Part shown: piece by piece, positions 42,288 through 53,481 of the stretch
Numbering within the stretch: position 1 is the first letter of the stretch
How the letters are laid out: each line of letters begins with the position of its first letter
Source of the DNA: Tetramitus jugosus
Taxonomy: Eukaryota; Protista; Heterolobosea
Reading direction: 5' to 3'
Assembly (NCBI GenBank): GCA_937625935.1
Contig: OW569380.1
Location: forward strand, 248,001 to 312,000
Length of the DNA stretch: 64,000 nt
Translations under genes and position numbers: made by a program
Notes under the pieces: generated by a model
Told to the model about the DNA's origin: nothing
Databases searched by the model: none
Seen by the model: only the letters and a program-made list of their open reading frames with translations

Positions 42288-43757
42288 ATGACACTTGCAA
42301 CGGAGCAGCAAACAGATCCAGACCAGAACAATTCCACTGGAACAGCCAGTGATGACGATGACGAAATGTCAGTCGAGGGTGGCTTCTCCATTGATTGGTC
42401 CAGTGATGATATCGTTCAATTGTTGGAAACTCACTATGGCTACTTGTTCCAACAGAACGACATGTCGGCAACGGATGGTGATAATAAATCGTTGTTGCAT
42501 GCCGATCCAAGCCGATTTGAAATTTTTTGTAAGGAACCACCAAGAGGCATGGAAAATCAGAGTATTCAGATTACGCTTGTGGATCAACAGCAACAGGCTG
42601 AAAATGAGAGTAACAAGGATGTAAAAAGTAACCAAAAACAATTTATGCTCAGGGTGTATGGTGACTCAAACAAGACAAGAGAGTTCATTGCTTTCGAGTT
42701 GGATACAATGTACAAGCTTAGGCAGTCCTTATCGTTTCCTGTGCCTCGAATTTTCGAAACCACAAAGTTCTTGTACTCGAGACTGGATATTCGTGATTGT
42801 ATAGTTGATTTTAAGGGGCATTTTGCAGTCATGTTCGAGTTTTGTGAAGGTGTTCACATGACTGGAAAGAACAAGAAGAATTCAGATTATATACGTGCTG
42901 TGGCACAATTCTCTGGCTTTTTGCACAAGATGACGCGACAGCATGAAGGATTTGATCCCACGACTGCTCACAACAACACAAGCGGTACTTCTGGTGAGAG
43001 TAGCACTTCTTTGGCCGATCAACCTCCCTACCTGTTGATTGATGAGCGTTTCCAAGTTCATGTCGGTCGTGCTCAAGCTGAACGATTAACATTTGAGTAC
43101 TTTTGGGAGGAATTGAACGAGATATTTGAGTGTTACATGGTCAAGGAAAGTGAGACTGGTAAATATGTTCCATCACCTCAATTGGACGATCAAACGAAGA
43201 ATATAACTCAATCGATGTATGACTTGTGTCACGGTTTTCTAAAGCACCTTACTGTGGATGAGCAGGATGTCATTGAGAGAAAGATACCTAGGAGTTTAGT
43301 TCACGCAGATGCCCACACTTCGAATGTATTGTTCATAACAAATGATGACGGTAAGCCAACGATATCGGCCGTGTTAGACTGGGATGATTGTTTCATTGGT
43401 GCCTCTGTCATTGATCTTGTACAGTGCATGTTCTTTTGGTGCATCCGACCCAGCGATAATAGCTCAGATGATTTGTCCCGAGTGATCAATCTCGAGTTTT
43501 TGAGAGTGTATGTGAGCTCATATGTGGAGGCTCGAGGTTTTCCATTGACAGAACTCGAAAGGTCATACCTTTTCGATTATCTGTACTTGCTTCTGTTTGC
43601 TCAAATTCATTTCTTGTTGAGTCAGAATGATGTATTGGCACCATGTAAGGAGAGCGACATGGATGAGGATTATCAGTGTGGCAGGAACATGCTTGGCTTC
43701 TTCTTGAAAACAGGCCAACAATTCAATCACCCAGATTTTCGAAATGTATTTATATAA
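42288..43757 (+). CDS. APH/choline-kinase-fold phosphotransferase (homoserine kinase type II-like)
   Basis: MLRVY, FPVPR, HADAHTSNVLF (HxDxxxxN), LDWDD. Confidence 0.82.
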   Translation: MTLATEQQTDPDQNNSTGTASDDDDEMSVEGGFSIDWSSDDIVQLLETHYGYLFQQNDMSATDGDNKSLLHADPSRFEIFCKEPPRGMENQSIQITLVDQQQQAENESNKDVKSNQKQFMLRVYGDSNKTREFIAFELDTMYKLRQSLSFPVPRIFETTKFLYSRLDIRDCIVDFKGHFAVMFEFCEGVHMTGKNKKNSDYIRAVAQFSGFLHKMTRQHEGFDPTTAHNNTSGTSGESSTSLADQPPYLLIDERFQVHVGRAQAERLTFEYFWEELNEIFECYMVKESETGKYVPSPQLDDQTKNITQSMYDLCHGFLKHLTVDEQDVIERKIPRSLVHADAHTSNVLFITNDDGKPTISAVLDWDDCFIGASVIDLVQCMFFWCIRPSDNSSDDLSRVINLEFLRVYVSSYVEARGFPLTELERSYLFDYLYLLLFAQIHFLLSQNDVLAPCKESDMDEDYQCGRNMLGFFLKTGQQFNHPDFRNVFI

Positions 43758-43810
43758 GGTGCTCAAAAGTGTATTAATTTAATGATTAAAATCTTGCATT
43801 CAATCATGTC

Positions 43811-44863
43811 TTATTGAGATGTAGAAACCATTCTTGGCTCCATATGTTTCGTATACTCCAACATGTTGGATTCTCGTTGCTTGATCCCATCTGGGACACC
43901 TCCTTCGAAAAGCAGAATATCATTGTTTAATCCTACGCAAACCAGAGAAATCGAACGGTTCATCAATGAATCCTTTGTTTGATCTTCGTACAACTCATAG
44001 ATTTGATCCCCTGTCAACGTAATATGATTTCTATTATTTTCCTCCAAACCGTGCTTATGGAATTCTGTTATGGCATTCAAATTCATCTTTCGATTGGTTG
44101 GAATGAGATAAACACTGTATTTGTGCAAAGGCAATGATTCATCCTCTCTCTTGTTGCCTGTTACCAAGGTAAGCTTCAATAGTGCACCACCCTTGGCCGT
44201 CAAAATAGGATAGTAGATGTGACAAACACCTTTCATATGATGCGTCACACTCTTTGGTTCTTGATCATCTGATTGTAATGTACCGAACAAGTACAGTGTC
44301 TTTGATGGTTGTACCATGACTTTATCGCTTGCTTTCCTGATGACTGAGGTATCACCAATGTACTCCTCCAGAACAGATGAATACCTGCTCTGAGTCACAA
44401 GATTCACCACAAAATCTCCCAGTTCTTTCAAGTTCAATCGATTCACTTGCTCTTCAAACTCTTGTTCTTCCTTGGCATTCAATTGATCACAGACAATCTT
44501 TCCTAATCCACCGAGAACAAATGGAACACACAGGGCCGCGAGCAACGCAACTCCAAAAATTCTTTTCATGGGAGACCCTCTTTTTCCACCAACATTTGGA
44601 CCTTTATTCTCTCTCTTGTCTTCTCTTTGTTGATGCTTGGCAATTTGCTCTGAAAAGCTCTTGCTCTCCGTGGTATCACTAGCCGTAGACTGATTTTTGA
44701 GAGGGAAAAGTTGGCGCGAAAAAAAACGAGCACAACAAACATGACCCACACTTTGCGGTTGATAGAAAGAGTGTGATAATCGAAGAGGCAAGCTCCTGTT
44801 TGGATGATTCAACAAAAGCTTTCTTGTAGCTGCAACAGTGGCAGTAGAAGACTGACGCAACAT
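43811..44863 (-). CDS. putative mitochondrial single-TM protein
   Basis: Arg/Ser/Leu-rich presequence-like N-terminus, one TM helix (IFGVALLAALCVPFVLGGL). Confidence 0.7.
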   Translation of the reverse strand: MLRQSSTATVAATRKLLLNHPNRSLPLRLSHSFYQPQSVGHVCCARFFSRQLFPLKNQSTASDTTESKSFSEQIAKHQQREDKRENKGPNVGGKRGSPMKRIFGVALLAALCVPFVLGGLGKIVCDQLNAKEEQEFEEQVNRLNLKELGDFVVNLVTQSRYSSVLEEYIGDTSVIRKASDKVMVQPSKTLYLFGTLQSDDQEPKSVTHHMKGVCHIYYPILTAKGGALLKLTLVTGNKREDESLPLHKYSVYLIPTNRKMNLNAITEFHKHGLEENNRNHITLTGDQIYELYEDQTKDSLMNRSISLVCVGLNNDILLFEGGVPDGIKQRESNMLEYTKHMEPRMVSTSQ

Positions 44864-45191
44864 CCTTTCAGTGTGCGATCAAAAATGATTGACTTGAATT
44901 TTCTTCGGTGGTGATGGCGGCTAAATTGGGTGATTGAATCTCTCTCGTTTTGTCCTGTCCCATGTTTTGGAACGATGAAATACAAAACTGGCAATCGATC
45001 TGAGCGCTTCCTTCTAGAATACCATACCTGATCTGCGCAGAGGGATATGGTCAACTCTTCTCGGAGACGGTTGGTTGACTGCCTGTATCGTCAAGGTGGT
45101 TGATTCGGGATGGTAGAAGCTCAAACTCGCCAACTGAAAAGACGAATACATCTCAAGTTTTGACATTGTTTTTAAGGGTCAAAAGACAGTG

Positions 45192-48100
45192 ATGATCAAT
45201 CAAAGTAAAGCGAGTATGAACAATAACAATACTCAACAAAGTTCTCAAGAACATGAAGAACAAGAGGGTGGTGGGGATGAACCGAGTAAGAAAAATAACG
45301 TGAATCATGCGACACCGACGAGTGAGAGTTGTACCTCTCAACCGCGACCAAGAGATATGCTAATAAGCTTTTTCAGAAAAGAAATGCCAAGTCAATTTGG
45401 TGTCACGAAATCTCAAATATCGTATCTTGTCATATGTGCCACAATGTTGTTGGTTGCTGTCGCCATATTTGAAGTAAGGTTGGCTACAACTAAAAATCAG
45501 AATATGGAAGCAAAGCACTTACTGGACGCTCTCAACGACAAGACTTACGAGGAAAATCCAATGTCGCGACTCCTTCGAATATTACTCCTTGAAAGATATT
45601 CCCTCGTATTATTTGTCAGCTCGACATTGAGTTTTTTGGCTGCTCTGTGGTATTTCAGAGGTTCCTTAACTGTTTTTGACATTGATGACAAGGACCACGA
45701 TTTATCGCGAGCGCCAACAAGGCGGGAAACGAGTGCTTTGTTATCCATATGTGTGTGTCTCATGTTTGGGATCGCTTTTCTGTTGTCGAGCACCATCTAT
45801 CTGGCTGGCAAGTATGTGATAAGTCGAGGAGATTGCTATTGGCCCATGTTGACTGCGTGTTGCTTGGTCCCTCAAATTCTATCGAGAAAGCAATCCAAAT
45901 CGTTTCTCGTTCTTTTCATTCTATTCTTCTCATATATTGCCACGTTGAATTGGGGATTTGGTCCCGTGATGATGCGGTGGGCACCTTTCATTACGGATGA
46001 CGAAGTTCGAAAGAAAATGTGGATAGAGTTGTTTCAACAGATACGGCACTCCTCCCTCCAAGATATGATGTTCATCCAATTGGAATCGCTTCCCATTTAT
46101 GCTCTGTTCTTGTATCGCACACAAGTACTGATGAAAGCACAGAATGACAGTGAGAAGAAAGAGAGAAGAGTAATTGAACAGGAAAAGATGATGGAAGCTA
46201 TACTGTCGAGCCTACCTGCTTTCTTTTGGGTTGTTGATCGAAACTTAGTGTTCCGGTTCTGTCGAGGAGCGGCTTTGCACGATGCATTAGAATCCCAAAC
46301 GAACTACGAGGGAGTCAGCCTTCCTGATTTTTTGAAGCAGCTGGATTTCAGTACAAGCGAATACGACACTACATTGGGTTATTACTCTGAGGCTCTGGAA
46401 GGTAAGCCTGTCGTGTTTGAGATGATAAATGCAGGCTCTCAAAGAGTCTGTTTCAAGTCTTGGTTGAAGCCGCTGAGAGATGACGACAATAATGTTGTTG
46501 GTTGTGTAGGATTGGCTCTAGACATGAAGGATCTCAAAGTACTACAAAAACAAAAGGAAGAATCCGAAGAGAACTACAAATCATTAGTTGAGAGTATTAA
46601 TGATATTTTGTTCAGAGTGGGTCCTGATCTCAAGATTCAATTCATTGGAAACATGAAGCACGATCTGGTAGAAGAAGATTGGATTGGCAGATCCATGCTT
46701 GATCTGTTCTTTAACAATGTGTCGTTACAGAAACAAGTGTCACGCAAAATGTCCAATGTATTTGCACAAAAGAAACGATGTTACTGGGAGTGGTCTTCTG
46801 CCGACAAGAGCGCCGATAACTCGTCGCAAGAAATTCGATATTACACTACCAAAGCACATCCAATCGTCAAAGAAGAAGTTGCTATCGCTGCTACAATTGT
46901 AACATCCGATGTTACAGAAAGAAGGACTGTAGTTGAACAACAAAGGATAGCCGAAAAGTGTGAAGTCATATCAAAGAGCAAAACAGAATTTATAGCTCAA
47001 ATGAGTCATGGTAAGATATTAGCAACTTATTCATTGATCTTATTGTGAAAATACTTGGTATTTTGTTTCTAACTCGTTGTCATCGCAGAGATAAGAAATC
47101 CCCTCAATGCAATCCTTGGTTCTTTACAGCTGCTTTTTTTAACATCCGATACGATGACATGCATTCAATGTGATCACTTGGCGGATGCTAGGGAGAATGC
47201 TAACTCGCTCATGAACATTGTCTCAGACGTGTTAGACCTAAACAAGATCGAGTCAGGTAAGTTAGAGTTAGTGATAGAACCGACCAGCATATTGGATATT
47301 GTGGAGTCAACCTGCTCTTCAATTTCGACTCAAGCTTATAAGAAAGGGCTCAGGATTCATTCATTTGTGGATCCTCGTATTCCATCATCACTGATATGTG
47401 ACAAAAACAGAATAGGGCAAATTTTACTCAATTATGCATCAAATGCTGTAAGTACTAGATCTAATTTGATTGATGTTGTTTTTTGTACTTTGACTCACCC
47501 TTTTGTTTCAGCTCAAGTTTACTAAAGCTGGGTATATCATATTGCAAGCGACCTTACTCTCAGAAACATCTTCATCAGCGACAGTGCGGTTTGAATGTAT
47601 TGATACTGGAGTAGGCATCAGTAAGGAAGATCAAAAAACGATATTCGATCAGTACACACAAGTATTATCTACAGATTCAGTTCAACAAGAAAACAAGGGT
47701 TGGGGATTAGGACTACGTATATGCTCCCTACTCGGCAAAGATTTGATGAAGGGTAAGATTGGAGTTGAAAGTAGTTGTGATCTCGGATCCACGTTCTATT
47801 TCGAAGTAGCTCTTCCTAAAGTGGAGAATGAAACCACCTGTATCGCCAATCTGATACCAAGGGCGAACTTTGATAAGGTGCTAACTGTTTCTATCCCTAT
47901 AGAGTTAGAAAGATGCTTGAGTGAGTATTTGAAGTATATGGGTGTTAAGAAGCTTCACTGCTTCCATCAAGAATGCGAATGCTTAGAATTTCTGAAAACT
48001 TCGGTGAAACCGAGCGAAAGGGTAGTTATCTTCACGGATGCTGTTGGTGGTATGGCTAACATGAGCTCGAATTGCAAAATCATTTCTCTTATTGAAAACT

Positions 48101-48651
48101 CGAATTGGTATCGTGCACAACAGGCTGAGAACTGTATACCTCTACGGTTACCGATCCGATTAAAGCATCTTATATCGGTGATCAATGGCCTCGCACTCCA
48201 TCCAAGCACAGGAGCAAACTTGCTGAACGTTCCACTTCTAGTACCTGCATCATCACTTCGAGTTTTATATGTCGAAGACAATGCGGTGAATCGAAAGATT
48301 TTGTGTCTGATGCTTGAAAAGATTGGAATCACCCATATTGATCAAGCAGTCAACGGTCAAGAAGGATGGGAAAAGGTTTGCCAAGCACCAGAACCTTACA
48401 GCATTATTTGGATGGACCTAAAGATGCCTGTCATGAGTGGTCAAGCATGTGCTGCCAAAATTCGAGAACTAAATGATGAAAGAGCAAAAGTGCCAATCAT
48501 TGCTGTCACAGCCAACGCCGATGCCAGAATTATCCATCAACTCGATTCTACTTTTAATGATGTTATGTTTAAACCAATCGGCATTGAGAAAGTGGTCACA
48601 ATGATCAACAAGTACTGTCGCAACAAGCCAACCAGTTTAGCTGTTTCATGA
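45192..48651 (+). CDS. membrane hybrid histidine kinase (TM-PAS-PAS-HisKA-HATPase-REC); introns 47011-47088, 47448-47511
   Basis: Spliced H-box MSHEIRNPLNAI, QILLNYASNALKFT, DTGVGI, GWGLGL, GSTFYF, receiver VEDN..MDLKMP..KP. Confidence 0.93.
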
Positions 48652-48799
48652 ATACAATGATAACATTTTTGGGATAAAAATCCGCTTTGCCGATGTGCGC
48701 CCCTGACGTTTGATGTTATTGTCAAGGTCCGCCCAACATCACCAGAAACTTGAGAAGTGAACATTCATTATTGCTATCCAACATCTTCCTCAAAAAAAA

Positions 48800-50380
48800 A
48801 TGTCAATTAGGATTAACGTTATCTTGTTAGCGCTCGCACTTTTTGCACTTGTGTCTCTGTTCCACCAAGAAGGTGTCCAGGCACTCAAGGTCAACAAATG
48901 TATTCCACAATGTGTTGCCAAGGATCTCTCTGCAGAGTCCATGTACTCTTGCGTCAAGAAATGTGCTCCAGTGACTATGCACTCTGACACAATCCGTCTG
49001 CACAAGTACCTCCACCGTCAACTCTCACCAATTGTTGAACAATTGGAAGAGGAGAACACTGAGATGTCAGAATTCTTCAATTTGTTTAACTTGTTTGGAA
49101 GAAAGAATCAACAACAGAAGGATGAGTTGAAAAACAAGGTCAAGGACTGTTTGGCCAAAGTTTATGAAAGAGTCAAGCAAGCAAAGTGTCAGTTGTTGCA
49201 AAGAAAAAAGTGCCCATGCCCAAGCAATCAATACCCTGTTTTGGCCAACACTACAATCACCATTATTCCAAATTATTCATTCACATGTTTAACCTGGAAG
49301 TGTGAGAACAAGCCAGCAACCTGCACTACTCCATTGGTGTGTGATGCATCTGTTTGCCCTGCAAATACCAATCCAGTTGTTGTACCACCTGCTAATGCTC
49401 AGTCATGTTCAACATGCAAGTGTGAAAAGAAGCCTTGTCCAACTTTGACTTGCGATGCTTCTGTTTGTCCTGCAAATACTGATCCATTTGTTGTGCCTGC
49501 TGTCGATGAAAACTCATGTCCAACCTGTGAGTGCAAGAAGAAGCCATGTCCTGCACTAACCTGTGATTCTTCTGTTTGTCCTGCAAACACTGATCCATTT
49601 GTTGTGCCTGCTGTCGATGAAAATTCTTGCCCAACCTGTGAGTGTAAGAAGAGACCATGTCCAACTTTGACCTGTGATGCCTCTGTTTGCCCTGCAAATA
49701 CCGATCCTTCTGTTGTGCCTGCTGTTGACGAGTATTCATGTCCAACCTGTGAGTGCAAGAAGCGACCATGTCCTACTTTAGTCTGCGATACATCTGTTTG
49801 TCCTGCAAACACTGACCCATTCGTAGTACCTGCAGTGGATGAATACTCGTGCCCTACTTGCGAATGCCAAAAGAAGCCATGCCCTAGTCTAGTTTGCGAT
49901 GTCTCCAGCTGTCCAGTTGGTTATGATCCTAAGGTTGTACCTGCAGCTAACGAGAACTCATGTCCAACATGTGATTGCGTCAAGCAACCATGTCCTTCTG
50001 TCTCATGTGACGCCTCTCTATGTACTCAAGGAAAAGTTCCTGTTGTGATCACTACAGCAGACAACAGCACTTGTCCATACTGTGATTGTCAGTGCCCTTC
50101 ATTTACCTGTGATTCTACCTCTTGCGCTGCAGGCTATGACGCTCAAGTAGTCAACCCTACTGATGGTAGCTGCTCACACTGTGAATGCAAGAAGAAGACA
50201 ACTGTGTGCTCAGTCACTGACTGTAACAGATATTGTCTCGGATCTCCATTCGACAGCTACTATGACTCAAATGGATGCCTTGTTTGTAACTGTTATGGTG
50301 CTCTGAGCGATAACTCTGTTGACCCTAAGATTTACAGAAAGACTCTCAGAAGAAAGAAGGTTTCCAAAAGAAGTGGATAA
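48800..50380 (+). CDS. secreted Cys-rich protein with tandem antistasin-like repeats
   Basis: Signal peptide; 37-aa 6-Cys repeats; last unit C...C...C..DSNGCLVCNC. Confidence 0.85.
   Translation: MSIRINVILLALALFALVSLFHQEGVQALKVNKCIPQCVAKDLSAESMYSCVKKCAPVTMHSDTIRLHKYLHRQLSPIVEQLEEENTEMSEFFNLFNLFGRKNQQQKDELKNKVKDCLAKVYERVKQAKCQLLQRKKCPCPSNQYPVLANTTITIIPNYSFTCLTWKCENKPATCTTPLVCDASVCPANTNPVVVPPANAQSCSTCKCEKKPCPTLTCDASVCPANTDPFVVPAVDENSCPTCECKKKPCPALTCDSSVCPANTDPFVVPAVDENSCPTCECKKRPCPTLTCDASVCPANTDPSVVPAVDEYSCPTCECKKRPCPTLVCDTSVCPANTDPFVVPAVDEYSCPTCECQKKPCPSLVCDVSSCPVGYDPKVVPAANENSCPTCDCVKQPCPSVSCDASLCTQGKVPVVITTADNSTCPYCDCQCPSFTCDSTSCAAGYDAQVVNPTDGSCSHCECKKKTTVCSVTDCNRYCLGSPFDSYYDSNGCLVCNCYGALSDNSVDPKIYRKTLRRKKVSKRSG
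49340..50110 (+). repeat. 111-bp coding tandem repeat, ~7 units
   Basis: Units start at 49340, 49451, 49562, 49673, 49784, 49895 and 50006. Confidence 0.93.
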
Positions 50381-50724
50381 ATAAACACCTGATCATGGTA
50401 CTCCTAAACCTAAAACATATCGACTCATAACAAAGCTGTAGAAATTGACTCAATGTTGTTATGCTGTCGATGTATTGCGCTCTTTGGTATTTCGCCGCCA
50501 AATCTTGTAAAGTTTTTCTCTGTTACAACCTCATTTCCGACTTGATCTAATTTTATCTCTTGCATCAAACAACGAAAGAGCAAAAGAATCGAAGCCACCA
50601 AGTTTGATCACGGAGCACAGAACAGTTCGCCAAAAACACAAAGTACTTGGCCACACATCAACAAACCAACTCTTTCTTGTACATTTAGTTTTTTCAAGCA
50701 ACAACAACAATCAATCCTTAAACA

Positions 50725-52086
50725 ATGGGTAATCAACCATCAGGACAATCACCATTCGGAGGTGCAGGTGGACCACCGAATCAACAACAACAACAACAGA
50801 ACAAGAAGGATCAAGAGAAGAAGGACAAGAAGAAAAAGTTTGAACAACCACAGCCAACACGCGTCGGCAAGCGCAAGAGAAAAAAGGGTCCACAAATTGC
50901 TGCCAAACTACCAGAGGTAACACCACTGGCCAAGTGCAAGCTTCGTTTGCTCAAACTGGAGAGAATAAAGGATTATCTGCTGATGGAGCAAGAGTTTATT
51001 GCCAGCCAGGAGCGTGTCAATCCAAAGGAAGCTTCTGCCGAAGAAGAGAGAAACAAAGTGGATGAACTGAGAGGCACACCAATGAGCATTGGTACACTGG
51101 AGGAGATTATTGATGACAATCACGCAATTGTGAGCTCATCTGTCGGACCAGAGTACTATGTCAGTATATTGAGTATTGTAGATAGGGATCAGTTGGAACC
51201 TGGATGCTCTGTTCTCATGCACAACAAGGTGTTGAGTATTGTGGGTATTTTGCAGGACGAAGTGGACCCAATGGTGTCTGTAATGAAGGTGGATAAGGCA
51301 CCACTCGAGTCCTATGCTTCGATCGGAGGTCTCGAACAACAGATTCAAGAAATTAAGGAATCCGTAGAGTTCCCACTGACTCATCCAGAATTGTACGAAG
51401 ACATGGGTATCAAGCCACCAAAGGGAGTCATTCTCTATGGTGAGCCAGGAACAGGAAAAACTTTGTTGGCAAAGGCTGTGGCGCACCATACGAGTGCCAC
51501 CTTTTTGCGTATTGTCGGTTCAGAGTTGATTCAAAAGTATTTGGGTGATGGACCAAAGCTCGTGAGAGAATTGTTCAGAGTCGCAGAAGATTTGGCACCT
51601 ACTATTGTGTTTATTGATGAGATTGATGCCGTGGGTACGAAGCGTTATGACTCTACATCTGGTGGTGAACGTGAAATTCAGAGAACCATGTTGGAGTTGT
51701 TGAATCAGTTGGACGGTTTTGATACCAGAGGTGATGTCAAGGTGATTATGGCCACGAATAGAATTGAATCATTGGATCCTGCTCTGATCCGTCCTGGTCG
51801 TATCGACAGAAAGATCAAGTTCCCATTGCCAGACTTTAAGACAAAGAGAATGATTTTCGATATTCATACGAGAAGAATGAATCTAGCAGCTGATATCAAC
51901 CTGGACGAGTTTGTCATGTCCAAGGACGAATTGTCTGGTGCTGATATTAAGGCTGTGTGTACAGAAGCTGGTTTGCTTGCCCTGAGAGAAAGAAGAATGC
52001 AGGTTACTCAATCTGACTTCAAGAAGGCAAAGGAGAAGGTTTTGTACAAGAAGACACAAGGTGTTCCAGAAGGATTGTATCTCTAA
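50725..52086 (+). CDS. RPT2: 26S proteasome AAA-ATPase subunit Rpt2
   Basis: MG N-terminus, [41 protein letters not shown]-terminal PEGLYL. Confidence 0.97.
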   Translation: MGNQPSGQSPFGGAGGPPNQQQQQQNKKDQEKKDKKKKFEQPQPTRVGKRKRKKGPQIAAKLPEVTPLAKCKLRLLKLERIKDYLLMEQEFIASQERVNPKEASAEEERNKVDELRGTPMSIGTLEEIIDDNHAIVSSSVGPEYYVSILSIVDRDQLEPGCSVLMHNKVLSIVGILQDEVDPMVSVMKVDKAPLESYASIGGLEQQIQEIKESVEFPLTHPELYEDMGIKPPKGVILYGEPGTGKTLLAKAVAHHTSATFLRIVGSELIQKYLGDGPKLVRELFRVAEDLAPTIVFIDEIDAVGTKRYDSTSGGEREIQRTMLELLNQLDGFDTRGDVKVIMATNRIESLDPALIRPGRIDRKIKFPLPDFKTKRMIFDIHTRRMNLAADINLDEFVMSKDELSGADIKAVCTEAGLLALRERRMQVTQSDFKKAKEKVLYKKTQGVPEGLYL

Positions 52087-52145
52087 ACGAAATAAAATTA
52101 AATATAAATGCATGTACATTGAAAACTTTCCCTTTTCAACTCAGA

Positions 52146-53009
52146 TCAAGAGTTGACAGCCGCTTTTGCCATCTCGTACAACAAGTGCATGATGCGAACA
52201 GGGTCTTGCGAGTCAAAAAACGTCCGCAATTCCTCAGTGTCTGTTCTCAAATAGGGATTGTACTGCAGTTCGTCGTACCAAGGACTTGGAACTGTTGGAT
52301 AACCTCTGACTCTTCTCTCTCTCGCCCAGTTGTATTTGCTTTCAGCGGCGCGATTGTTGGGCAATCGCTGCAGAATCGCATACAGACACATGGTTGTGTA
52401 CTCATGACCGCACAAAACTAAGATATCGTCCTTGGTGGTTTCAGAGTACTGAGGAAACATGGTTCGAATCCTCTGTTTCAATCTCTCCACACTATCGTAC
52501 ATTTTCTGAGGAGACCCCTCAAAGAACGCACCACAACCACCAATGAAAATATGATCTCCCGTAAACAAGAGCGCTGGCGATTTTCTCACCTGTGATTGCA
52601 ACTGTGATGACTGCGACTGCTTCATCTGCACCAAGAATACCATGTGCCCTGATGTATGACACGGCGTCGACACACAATCCACACTCAGCACACAATTCTC
52701 CGACATTTCAATCTCCACATTTTCTCCATCTTTTACCGTTCTCGTTGCCGCCGAAACTTTTTCATTCTCCGCTCCGATAATCTCCACATTGGGATACAAT
52801 TGTTTCAATGACTTGTTTCCACCGGCGTGATCCGCGTGTCGATGCGTGGTTAAAATGTGAGTCAACTGAGCATTGTTGTGATGCACCAAAAATTGATGCA
52901 CCTTGTCGGGGTCGGCGGGATCTACCGCAATCGCCGTATTTGTCCGACGGCACACCAAAACATAGGCATAGTTGTCACTGAGGAATGGGATCAAGTGAAC
53001 ATGAATCAT
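52146..53009 (-). CDS. GLO2: hydroxyacylglutathione hydrolase (glyoxalase II)
   Basis: DNYAY, THRHADHAGGN, TPCHTSGH, FTGD..F.GGCG.FFEG, CGHEYT. Confidence 0.93.
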   Translation of the reverse strand: MIHVHLIPFLSDNYAYVLVCRRTNTAIAVDPADPDKVHQFLVHHNNAQLTHILTTHRHADHAGGNKSLKQLYPNVEIIGAENEKVSAATRTVKDGENVEIEMSENCVLSVDCVSTPCHTSGHMVFLVQMKQSQSSQLQSQVRKSPALLFTGDHIFIGGCGAFFEGSPQKMYDSVERLKQRIRTMFPQYSETTKDDILVLCGHEYTTMCLYAILQRLPNNRAAESKYNWARERRVRGYPTVPSPWYDELQYNPYLRTDTEELRTFFDSQDPVRIMHLLYEMAKAAVNS

Positions 53010-53481
53010 ATCATCATCATCATTGTCTTCATTACTATTGTTAGAGTTGTTGAAAAGTTTTGAAATGCTAATGTTTTTGTAATCAAATCTTCGTTGTTGT
53101 TGTTGTTCTTGTTCTTGTTCACGAGAGAGTTTGAGTAGATAACGATGAAAATATTCTCCTACGAGTGTATGTGCTGTGATTGATGATGGTTAGTTTTTGA
53201 TCATCATTTGTTGATTGTGATTGATGATGAAAATGAGAAAAATGGACATACCATAGAGAAGGTAGAGACACTGGAATCCAATGCTACGAGCAGTCGGACT
53301 GTACTTGAGTAACACTCCTGTTCCTACCACTGTGATCAATAGCCATGCACCTATGCCCATGTTTTTTTAATGCTGTTTGTTTGTGTTTTTTGGTGAAAGT
53401 TCAATTTTGGCCGATATATTTCTGCCGCCAAGCGGCCATGAACTACGGAAGGGATATTCATGGAGAGAACGCATCATAGAG

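Noticed and set aside
49340-50110. CRISPR-like periodicity
   Set aside because: Units are whole in-frame coding repeats without unique spacers, and the context is eukaryotic
19695-52086. Ubiquitin-proteasome gene cluster (F-box, PI31-like, Trx-UBX, COMMD, Rpt2)
   Set aside because: The genes are interspersed with unrelated ones and the functional class is large, so co-occurrence is plausibly chance
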